Source of the DNA: Vicugna vicugna
Lineage: Eukaryota
Length of the DNA stretch: 64,000 bases
Reading direction: 5' to 3'
NCBI GenBank assembly: GCA_013265495.1
Contig: MU059059.1
Coordinates: 8,599,853 to 8,663,852 of the forward strand
Shown one piece after another: positions 1 to 10,609 of the stretch. Under the pieces are notes generated by a model. That model had not been told where the DNA came from. It saw only the letters and a list, made by a program, of their open reading frames with translations, and searched no databases. Position 1 is the first letter of the stretch; each line of letters starts with the position of its first letter. Position numbers and translations under genes: made by a program.

Positions 1-272
1 GTAAGGAGGGTGACATTTGTCTTTAACTTCCCATGTCCCTTTCTCCTCCTGTGCCCTCTCCCTCAATGCCAGGACAAGCTGTCCCACCTCTACTACCAGT
101 GCTGCCGTGGCACTCCACTCTTGTCTTTCCTCTTCCAAAATGTCCCAGGCTCCAAGAGAGCTCTCCTTCAGTTCTGAACACTCTCATCACTCTTTATATA
201 CAGTTGTTATTTGGTTTGACAGTTCACAATAAGCTATGAACAACCTACAAGTCTTGGGACTTAGAAATTCAG

Positions 273-458
273 TGTCGTGGCTTGAATTGTGGCCTCCCCA
301 AAAGATATGCTCAAGTCCTAACCCCCAGTACCTGTGCATGTGAACTTATTTGGAAAAAAGGTCTTTGCAGATGTAATTAAGTGAAGGATCTTTGGATGGA
401 ACCATCCTGGATTAACTGAGTGGGCCCTGAACCAAATGATAATTGTGCTTATAAGAAG
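273..458 (+). mobile_element. MaLR LTR (MLT1C/D-like), 5' part, interrupted by L1
   Basis: Starts TGT..; has ccccaaaagatatg..gtcctaacccc..ttatttggaaaaaaggtctttgcagatgtaattaag, typical of MLT1 5' ends; resumes at about 1455. Confidence 0.85.
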
Positions 459-1454
459 AGGACATCCAGATGGCCAACAGGCACATTAAAAGATGCTCAA
501 TATCTCTAATTATTAGAGAAATGCAAGTCAAAACTAAATGAGGTATCACTTCACACCAGTCAGAATAGCCATCATTAAAAAATCTACAAATAGTAAATGC
601 TGGAGAGGGTGTGGAGAAAAAGGAACCCTCCTACACTGTTGGTGAAAATGCAAACTGGTGCAGCCACTATGGAGGACAGTATGGAGGTTCCTTAAAAAAC
701 TAAAAATAGACTTACTTTGTGATCCAGCAATCCTACTCCTGGGCTTATATCCAGAGTAAATTCTAATTCAAAAAGACACATGCAACCCAATGTACACAGC
801 AGCACGATTTACAATAGCCAAGACATGAAAACAACCTAAATGTCCATTGATAAATAACTGGATAAAGAAGNNNNNNNNNNNNNNNNNNNNNNNNNNNNNN
901 NNNNNNNNNNNNNNNNNNNNNNNNNNNNNNNNNNNNNNNNNNNNNNNNNNNNNNNNNNNNNNNNNNNNNNNNNNNNNNNNNNNNNNNNNNNNNNNNNNNN
1001 NNNNNNNNNNNNNNNNTGGACCTAGAGATCATCATATTAAGTGAAGTAAGTCAGACAGAGAAAGACAAATATCATATGATATCACTTGCATGTGGAATCT
1101 AAAAAAAAGGATACAAAGTTTATTTGCAAACCAAAAACAGACTTATGGACACAGAAAACAAACAATGGTTACTAAAGGTGAAGGGGAGAAGGAATAAATT
1201 AGGAGTTTGGGATTAACAGATACACACGATATATAAAATAGATAAACAACAAGGATCTACTGTTTAGCACAGAGAACTATATTCAATTTCTTGCAATAAC
1301 ATATAATGGAAAAGACTGTAAAAAGAAAAAATATATATGTATGTGTATATATAACTGAATCGCTTTGCTGGACACCTGAAAATAACATTGTAAATCAACT
1401 ACACTTCAATAAGAAATAAAATTTTTAAAAATAAAGAAATAAAATTTTGAAAAA
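459..1454 (+). mobile_element. 5'-truncated L1 (ORF2 end + 3'UTR + A-rich tail), contains N-run 871-1016
   Basis: gacatccagatggccaacaggcac..gatccagcaatcctactcctggg..ggaatctaaaaaa..tgtaaatcaactacacttcaataa; short flanking repeat AAGAAG at 453-458 and 1455-1460. Confidence 0.95.
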
Positions 1455-1729
1455 AAGAAGCGAATAAGACAGAGGCACAAAAGAGCATGACATGGGAGGA
1501 AAGAGGCAGAGATTGGAGCAATGCAACCAAACCTCATGCCCTAAGCCACCATAAACTGGAAGAGGCCAGGAAGGATTCTCCCCTAGAGCCTTCACAGGGA
1601 CTGTGGCCTGCTGACATGTTGATTTTGGGCATCTAGCCTCCAGAACTGTGAGAGAATAAATTTCTGTTGTTTGAAGCAACCCAGTTTGTGGTCATGTCTT
1701 ACGGCAGGTCCAGGAAATGAGCCAACACA
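1455..1729 (+). mobile_element. MaLR LTR (MLT1C/D-like), 3' part
   Basis: gaggcagagattggagcaatgc..ggaagaggccaggaaggattctcccctagagccttc..ctccagaactgtgagagaataaatttctgttgtttgaagc..; ends near ACA. Confidence 0.9.
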
Positions 1730-1819
1730 GTCACCCCAACCACCACAATTCCAGGGGCCTGTGAGCATGGAGAACCTTCTGTACCTTATTTCAGTGATTT
1801 CCCAAGAAAGGCAGAGTAG

Positions 1820-1905
1820 ATGCCTGATCTCACCTTGGCAGATGAAGAACCTGGAGTTCAGAAAGGTTCACTTCCTTGCCCTGGTCACAGAGCCAGGACT
1901 CAAAC
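1820..1905 (-). mobile_element. MIR fragment
   Basis: cagatgaagaacctggagttcagaaaggttcacttccttgccctggtcac resembles the antisense MIR core. Confidence 0.6.
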
Positions 1906-4124
1906 AGTTACTTCCCTGTCTCTGCCACTTTCCCTAAGGCATGATTGTCGTTGGTTTTCTTTTTAAAGAGGAACCTATGGTTCCGATGCATCTTTGACTG
2001 GTAAAGCCTTTTGGCTAGTTTCTTCTACTTCTTCCCTCTGCCATTTGTCTCCAGAGCTCAAGACCCTTCAGTCCCAGCTTTCACACCGTGACTGACTCAG
2101 AGGCAAGAAGGAAGGCAGCAAGGCCGCCTCAATTACCATAAAATACAGAAACAAAACTTTTTGTGGTTTTGCTACTTCCCTTTCCATGTTCCTTTGTCTG
2201 GGCTCAAACGATAGCCCCTCCTGGCCCTTCTTTAATTTGTGAACAAACACTTCAGCAGTGCTATTAATTCCATCATTTTCATCTGTGCCTAAGCATATTT
2301 TTAAATTAAATGATATTATCAAGTTTTGGTCACAGTTCCTCATCCTTGAATTTTCAATGGCAATGATGCTTCCAGCTATATATTTCAATATGTCTCAGAA
2401 ATGTTTTCTTTCCAGTGGATTCACTGAGATCCTCCTCAATTTTCCATAGCAATCAGTAGCTGACATCAGCTCCGGGCAGCTCAGATATCAGCAACATGCC
2501 ATCACTTTTGCCTTCTTTTGCTCATCATTCTCACCTACCTCTCTTTGGAACTTCTTAAACATTCCAGCATCTTTGTGAGGCTGAGAGGTGCTGAAGTTGG
2601 CACATACTTAAAGAGTTGCTCCCCTGTATATAGCACTGCACTCCAGTTGCTATAGAAATAAGGCAGAAAATCTAACTCTGGATTCTTATGTCTCACATAT
2701 TCAAATTTAGATGAACTGTGACGGGGCTACACAAAAAATCATGCCGCCTTCCATGAGATGGAAATGAGAACCTGCAGTTTCATTTGGCTCTTGCAACTGA
2801 TCAAGCTGTCAGGTAAGGACCAAAGAACTCATTTGTCTGTTCCATTTAATTTTCTCTGGACTTGAGGGAGCTTCATTTATAGTGACCACTGAGTCTTGAG
2901 TATTCCAGCTGCCCTGAGACTTAATGGAGTGGGGGAGAAATACTGAAAAGGGAGGGTTAGAGTAGAGTGACATGGCACAACTTTCTAGTGCTTGAGATGA
3001 CAAACGACTTTTGTTTTTCTAATGTTATATTGCATAAGTAGAATTCACTTGGAGACTGGACAGGAATGAGACTGCTAAGTCCAAAGGGTAGTACAGGTGA
3101 GGCTGGAGTCCAAAACGGGTAGTAAGAGTCAAAGAGGAAAAAAATAAGGCACTGAAACCGAGCACCGAGGGTTGAGAGAGAAAAAGGCAGAACGCTCTAT
3201 TCTGATTACTCTTATTTTGAGCCAAGTTTTTCTTGGAAAGAAATTGAAAATCAATCCAGTACACACAGCACCCTTTAGCTTTTGTTACTGTAAAGCACAC
3301 GTCCAATTTAAAAGTGGTATTGCTGGGAATAAAGCCATTGAGAAATACTAAACGGGATGGAGAGTAGGGAGAGAAAAGAAGAGAAACAGGAGAGCATAAA
3401 AAGTTTAGATCTCATAAAAGTAAGTCTTTAACGTAGCATTTTGCCTTTAACTCATGATGACTAGGAAAACCTGTACTTGAGAAAACACTTGAATTACAAG
3501 TTGAATTACAAATCCCATGCTGCAATATTTGAAGGGGACATTGATTTACCTGAGAAGAGTCAGAGATTTACTTCTTGCTTCTTACACACATTGGCTCCCA
3601 AGGATTTGCACTTGAGCATTTATAGTCACTTGGTTGAGAGTTCGGGCTTTTGAGCACCACAGGTTACACACCTCAGCAGGAAGGTGCCCAAAAGCTACAG
3701 TGAAGATGGTGCCATTCCCATTGGACGGGAGCGTGGAGATGTCAACTGAGGAAGTCTAGAGACTACGAAACTTACCTTTGCTTCTATTTTCTGTGAAGAA
3801 GGAAGAGGATCACATTGTTTGAGCTTCTAATTGCATAGGAAGGAAGGAAATGACAGCCAAGAGTTTGAAAGGGCAGCATAAGGAATTTCAGTTGGTTGTT
3901 AAACAAAGAGAACGTTTCTCACAAGAAGCTGGAGATGTTATTTAGAAGACCTTCAAATGACCAAAGCTTTGGCCATAGCAGCCCTCTTGGGCTACCCCTT
4001 TCCAGTCACGGGATTCTACACAACAGAGCAGCAGTGTCCTATCAAGAGGCAGTAAGAGACAGCAGCTATGTGCTTTTACTGCGGAATCGGAGAGGTGGCG
4101 GTTCACCTCTCCTGTCCACTGCTT

Positions 4125-4330
4125 GACAGCTGATGAAGCCAAGAAAGTTATTTAGCCTTCCTGCATTTTAGTTTCTTCAATTGTAAAAAGTGGACAATAA
4201 TAACAGCATGTACCCCTAGGTTCTCGTGAGAACTAAATAAAGTAATGTGTGCTAAATGCTGAACCTCGTGTCTGGAACATAGCAAATACTCAATAAACAA
4301 TAGCTAGCATTGTGGCTATCATTATGATTA
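4125..4330 (+). mobile_element. MIR, 3' half
   Basis: agtttcttcaattgtaaaaagtggacaataataac..tctggaacatagcaaatactcaataaac matches the MIR core and tail. Confidence 0.75.
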
Positions 4331-5027
4331 CTTCAAGAGAAGCAAGACAATAGCCTCAACTACTTCCTTCTTTCCATTCATATCTCATGCCAGTAGGATG
4401 AAATAACTAAGAACTGTAACTAGTCTGATCACATGGTCACTGTCCTGTCACTGCTTTAGGAGATGCAAATGAGTGTCTCCTAAGGCTACCCATGCATTTC
4501 ATGTCCGGGGTGACCTCTGACCTAGTGCTACAATATTAACCTAACCTGCCGCAATCTGCAACACTTCATTGGACCAATATCAGCCCAGGCTTCACATCTC
4601 CAGGAACATACTACCTTTTCACTGTTAATCTGCAGTTTCTCTTGGGTCTTAGGGCTTTCAAAATTGGATACGGTCAATTTCATTACTAGTGGTCTGTAGA
4701 GTCAATTTTAAACTCATTCATCTTTGTAAACTCAAAGGTGCCCCCATCAGCAAAGGTTCTTGCAGTTTTCATTAGGCTGGGCCACAGAGTGGATGGATAT
4801 GCAAGCAAGACCTTCTCATGGCAATAAGATCATAACAATGTAATTAACAGAAATAGTTATCTGCAGCAAGTGGTACAACACTCTTGCATTCATACTGGAT
4901 TTTTTTTTTTTTGGTAATATTGCTGAAAATGAGTTGCTGGGGGTTAGTAAGAGCATTCAGCTAATGAGAGTTCTATATGAAGGTTCCAAGAAAAGCCAGA
5001 AAGAGATTTGGTGACACAAAAACATTC

Positions 5028-5068
5028 AAAAATAAATAAATAAATACATAAATAAACAAATAAATAAA
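5028..5068. repeat. (AAAT)n degenerate microsatellite
   Basis: aaataaataaataaatacataaataaacaaataaataaaa. Confidence 0.85.
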
Positions 5069-6608
5069 AGGGACTGGATACTTCTTTGCTTAGTTAGTCC
5101 TTTAGGAAAAAGGAAGGAAAAAGAAAAAGATCTGTACCTTTGCTTACTCATTTTATGGAATCCACACACGGTTCTGAGAAAAGCTGCATGCTGTTTTTGG
5201 TCTTTTGTATCTGTTTTTCTGTTTATTTAATTTTTTCTGTTTTTTAATCACAGGTAAATGTGATTGAACAGGATAACGTGGGCAACTGCTGCCTGACTGA
5301 AAAAAATAAACACACACACACATAGAAACAAGAGGAAATGAGTTTCCCAGGTCAGAAACTGCTATAAGAAGACGGAGGGTCTCCTGACATTTTCTACAAA
5401 AGCAGTCAGTCCCTCATAAATCAGCTTTTGGAGGCATGGCTTCTGAACAGCAATAAAAGATGAACAGAGGTGGATGGAACACAGGGAAGCTACTTCACCC
5501 TCCTTTTCTAAAATATTTTTTGCAGAGTTCAGGGTTTGAGGGAGAATCAGCTTAACAAAGGAAAACAGAGAACTCTTCTCAAATTGGGGGGCTTTTTAAC
5601 CAGCCCCAAGATAAAAGTATCATGGAGGAATCCCTTGTACATTAAAACAAAACCGAAAAAGTAATTACAATGAGAATAAAAATCTTCGGAGTTTGTTTTC
5701 CTGTGTAAGACCAAACAAATAGGAGTTCACTGTGAAAGAAAAGCCTTTGCGTAAAATTTGTTCATCATTATTTTCACAGCAGATGGGGCCAGAGGCAGCT
5801 AAGCTTCCTCATGTGCAGACGCCAGCCAAATTCGCCACTAATTAGCAGCGCGCCACACTGTTCAATGGCCTTCTCCTTCCATTTGCAGGCCACAGCCCCG
5901 GTGACCTGCTATGCACCACCTGAGACCAGGACTCAGACATCACCGCCTATCAATCTCGTCCTGCCCCGGCCGCCCTGTCAACTGCTGCGCATGGAACAAA
6001 GGAAGCCAGAAGGGGCTTTAGTTTTTAAATTGTTTTTCCATTTTAACTCTTCCACCCAATTTCCAATTTCTCAAAGGTCATTGGCCAAAGAAATAAAAGT
6101 ATTTTTTGTCTCACCACCTGTCTTCCCTACTTAATATTACTGATGTATCTTCCTTACAAAAAGGAAGTACATCTTTCTCTTAACATAAGGGCAAGGGGAG
6201 TCATTTTTTTTTCTGTACCCACATGATAATTTTCAAGAGTGTGTGCACATGTTTGTAATTTCTTTTATAGTATTTGAGGGAGAAGATTTCTGGTCAACCC
6301 CTTTGCCAAGCAAAATGTGCATGTATGACTGTCCATGGCTGCCTGCTGCTCTTTCTCCATTGGCTGCAGACACTGCCCCATGGATCCCCAGGAACGGTAG
6401 CCTTCAGGGGTCACCTCAGCCACAGAGGCCCCTGGCCCCTCCCTCTATTCCCAGGATATGACTGGCTCTGTCAAGTCCATGAAGACAAAATTGTATGTTT
6501 TTAAAACCCCTTTCAAATGAACCACCATCAAGAGTACCATTTCAACAAGTCTAGAAGTTGCACAAAGAGGTAATTCCGTTGGAGAGAAAATCCAATTTTC
6601 CTTCAGAT

Positions 6609-6630
6609 TGTGTGTGTGTGTGTGTGTGTG
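6609..6630. repeat. (TG)11 microsatellite
   Basis: Read directly from sequence. Confidence 0.95.
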
Positions 6631-6821
6631 ATTGGGAAAGTTTTACTTATACTTTATGCTTTATCTTCACAGCAGTATCCAATGCTTTTTAAGTTTTTTC
6701 TGCAACAGTATATTCAAAGTAAAAGTAAATAACTATTGTGTTCCACTAGGGTAATCCTAGAATAAGTCTTTTCTCCTAAATTAAAATCCCTCACTACATC
6801 TTGGAGTTAAATATTTTATGT

Positions 6822-6951
6822 ATTTTTTTTAAATTTTGAATTATTTTTTGTATTTTTGTTGTTGTTGTTGTTAATGGAGGTACTGGGGATTGAACCCAGG
6901 ACCTCGTGCATGCTAAGAATACACTCTACCACTGAGCTATACCAACCCCCC
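6822..6951 (-). mobile_element. tRNA-Ala(AGC)-derived SINE (camelid Vic-1 type) with A/AAC-rich tail
   Basis: Reverse complement GG..GGTATAGCTCAGTGGTAGAGTGTATTCTTAGCATGCACGAGGTCCTGGGTTCAATCCCCAGTACCTCCA has A and B boxes and an AGC anticodon; (AAC)n/A tail; degenerate TSD aatattttatgt (6810-6821) / aatgttttatat (6955-6966). Confidence 0.9.
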
Positions 6952-7109
6952 TGCAATGTTTTATATTTTAGAGAAGAACAGATTGGTAATCTTCATCTCT
7001 GAAAACATGGAGAGAAGCATTTTCCAATGTTATTCTATGATGTGAACTTCAAACCTTTCTTTATAGTTTTCAACTTTTAAGAGCAAAAGCAAATATTTAG
7101 GATAAATTG

Positions 7110-7352
7110 GGTGATAATAGTTAACATTTAGTGAGCACTTAATATGAGTCTGAAACTAAGACCTTATTTCAGAAATAAATAACTCTTCATGCCCATTACC
7201 TTCTTTAATTCTCAAGACAATGCTATATTAGATACTAGTATTGCCCTCAAGTTAGACATGATAAAACTGGAGATCAGAGAGATTTAGTAACTTGCATAAA
7301 ATCACACAGCTTAGGTAAATCCATCTGATCCCAGCATCTGAATACTTAACCA
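7110..7352 (-). mobile_element. MIR, near full length
   Basis: aatagttaacatttagtgagcactt..ataaaactggagatcagagagatttagtaacttgc..atcacacagct. Confidence 0.75.
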
Positions 7353-9289
7353 CAATACTCACTGCCTGTCTTTGACAAATGGTGAATAACTGTACCTCTA
7401 GAACTTTTCAAGGAAAAGCTTTCTTTGAATGTGCCTGCCAATCCCATTATAAATAAATAAAGCGCCACACTGGGATGCCTCAGCCAATCCCATCCCATAA
7501 GTTTTGTATACAGGATTGGAGACATGGCCAGGGATGAGTCCCTTAAGGAGAGCAACTGGTTCTGACTGTTGAAAACATCAGAATTAGCCAAAGCAGTTGC
7601 TTTTAGGACTTCATTGTTAGCCAAACTTTCCAGTAGTGGTTCTGGTGACAGATATTCTGGGACAAAATGTAGCAGTCTCACAAACCCAAAACAGCAAAAT
7701 TTTTAGGCAGGCAAACAGTTTGCAAGGAAAATAATGTGAACATCAAACCTTGGGATTTCTCACCCTTTTCTGTTCTTTACTCTTAACATGGGGGATGGTT
7801 TAGTGTCATGTTAAATCAAGAGACATCACAATGAAGATAGGAAAAGGACAAAGATGTTTTTTGACACTACAGACTTTGATTTCTATTTCCAGTACCAATT
7901 ATTGTGAGACCCTAATTTGGCTAACAAGAGCTTACTTAGTCATTTTAACAGATGTGGAGCCTCCCTCCCCCCACAGAACCTTTAGAGACAGCTTTCTTAC
8001 TGTTTTCTCCCCAATATTCCAAAAACTAAAGTTCCTGAAATGAGATAAAGGCCGGCCACCAACACAGACTCAGAAATTTCTTTCCTATCTCCCTTCAGGC
8101 AGTCAAAATTTTTCTTCTGTGTTGAAATGTGCTCAGTAGAGGTATAAACAAATTGTAAGAGACTTTTTATTTAACTGTCTGACAGCTTAACCAAATCTCC
8201 TTGTAGCAGGGCTTCCATTATAAGATTCCGTTCTCCTATGCCACTGAGGGAAATTCATATTCATAGGAGAGCGTAATCTCATGTGAAAACCTGTCACGTT
8301 GATGGTCCATCCTCCACAGTTAAGCTGTTTACAGGGCTTGTAGTGGCACGGCTCTATTACCACACACTTGAATATCTACCATCTCCTTCAACTTGGAGTC
8401 TTGGTGTCAAAAAGAATAATAGAGCTGATCCTTTATGCAAATACTACCAGCGAATACTACATGGGCCACTTAGCATAGATGCTTTTTCTTGCCATAAGGA
8501 GCATTAGTATTGGAAATACTGCTTTCTGCCAAGAACTCCGGAGTCATCCTTTCATGAACTATTAATTTAGGGATCAGTCTTCTCATTGGCATCTAACCAC
8601 CAAGCCTACAAAGTTGGGTTTAATTTGCTCTTGGAAGATAGACTAAATTCTCCCCCCTCGAACTGTGGAAGGGTGACACCTAACTACGGAGCCCCGGAAA
8701 GTGTCCGCACCGAAGCTTGTGAAAGAGACAGCTCTTTTTGTTGCTGTTAAGTGGCCCGTGATTTATTCCAGGCAGCTTTACCTGAAAGCAAGAACGAGAT
8801 AAACACAGCTGACCCGCACAGGCTCTTAGGAGATTTGGCTCACTCTTCAAACAGAGCTTTCTATTAACAAAAGTTAACACGGTCTCCCAACAGCCTGCTT
8901 GTTGGCTCAGTGAAAGGATGCGCTGCTCTCTTGGCAGCTGGAGAGAGTGTACAGCAGCACTGGCGAGACCTGATGCCTGTTTTTGTCTTATGAAATATCT
9001 ACACACAGCTTGCCTCCTCAGCAATGGCTCTCTCTTCCTGGGTCAGTGGGCCAGTTTTGGTTGGGGGATCCACTTCTACTCACTTGTAGTCCAGAAGGGC
9101 TAAATAGGGCTCCTCTCCTGGACTTAGAGTTTATAAAGTCTAAGTCAATCAACATACTGTACTTCTCCTGGTCATAGAAATTGGCCCAGGACATTTGTAT
9201 GTGAATCACTGGAGGCATGCTAATACTGGATATACAAAGGCTTTGGTATTTCCTTTTCAATTCAATATCATCATATCCTGTTGAATAAC

Positions 9290-9545
9290 ATCATTCAGAA
9301 GGATGGAGCCCTGGGAATTGCTGGAAGACACTTTATGACTACATAAGGTTTGGGATGAGACCTAGTATGGAAGAAGCTGATGTGAAAAAAGGAGAGTAAT
9401 CAATCTATAGTGACATCATGTAAGCCTGATCAAGCCACACCTGAAGCTGATTCTTCTTGGACTCTCCAGTTTTCACTCAAGTTTTCACATGGCTGATATG
9501 AGTTGTCATCTGTCACATACAAACAAAATAATTATAACTGATACA
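9290..9545 (+). mobile_element. Old MaLR LTR fragment (MLT1J/K/L-like)
   Basis: ggatggagccctgggaattgctgg..gcctgatcaagccacacctgaagc..ctgataca 3' end. Confidence 0.5.
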
Positions 9546-9709
9546 GCTTTTAAAAATTACTTTCCTTTAAAAGAATTCAAAGGACAATTATCTAAGTACT
9601 TCATGTATTAGCATAGCCAAATTTGCTCTTCACTAGAGTTTTATCTTTTCCTGAAAATATTTTGGGGACAATAACATTCTAAAGACATCTTACCAAACTA
9701 ATAGGGAAT

Positions 9710-9972
9710 AGTAATAATAAAAGCTTTGAATGGCCAAAGTGTTTTAGTTTACCAGGAGCTTTCAGAAACATTATCTCATTTGATCCTCACAAGCAAACTA
9801 TGAACTATATAGGACGAATTTTGTCTTACTTTATAGGAAAAAGGGTTAGACGATGTCATGTCAAAAGTATGTAGGAGTAGAAACTGACCTTAGTGATCAT
9901 ACTGTATTGTGGATGCAGATAGTGTAGTTCCAAAAAGCCAAGAAACTTACCTAACATCACACAGCTAGTCAT
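9710..9972 (-). mobile_element. MIR fragment(s)
   Basis: cattatctcatttgatcctcacaagc..aacatcacacagctagt. Confidence 0.6.
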
Positions 9973-10609
9973 TTAATGAATATTTTGAAGAAAAAACTTT
10001 TTGCATTTCTTTCTAACTTTAGCTGCTACATATTTATTATCCATAAATCTCTTGGACTGGTGCTTGAAGTACAGTTTCCTTCCTCAAAAAAAAAGAGGCC
10101 ATGTTTCACTCATACAAAACAAACTTTGAATCTAATTCAGTTCATGTTCCTGAGCCCCAGAAATGGGACTGGGTCACATTTCTTGACAGAACAAATTTCC
10201 CCATCCACATCCATAACCATAACCAAGACCATAACATGGTGCCTTTCCTCACTGCCTTGAGATGCTATTCCATTGCTTTGAAATCACAAATCATTCAGGA
10301 GTGATGCCACTCTGCCCAGGGTTCCTTGCTTGGTAAACGTGACTGTCATAGTTTTATTCTTAATGTTAGAGCCATAAAGCTGGTACTTCATTGGCAGCAG
10401 GAAGCTCTCTGGCTTAAGGCCTGACATCAGCATGTAACTAAGAAAATGCTACCCCTGAAAATATCACTCTTGATTACGATGGGTAAGGTTCTTACTGGGT
10501 AATATCTCTGGCATGAATTTAAATTCTTCACATCACTAGATTTCTGCCACCTTTTCCCCCAAACGCCTTTTAAAAGACTGGATGACAATCTCTGGCTATT
10601 CAAATACAT

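Noticed and set aside
1-10. Window begins with GTAAGG, like a 5' splice site
   Set aside because: No upstream exon is visible, so it cannot be distinguished from chance
3489-3511. 12-nt tandem duplication TTGAATTACAA(G); a similar one, AAAATGATTAGA x2, at 38394-38419
   Set aside because: Ordinary slippage-scale duplications in AT-rich DNA
4463-4475. AGATGCAAATGAG (octamer plus flanks) also at about 35215-35227
   Set aside because: Dozens of identical 13-mer pairs are expected by chance in 64 kb, and there is no snRNA- or Ig-type promoter context
6876-6951. Could be called a tRNA-Ala gene
   Set aside because: A/AAC tail, TSD and anticodon-arm changes indicate a SINE copy
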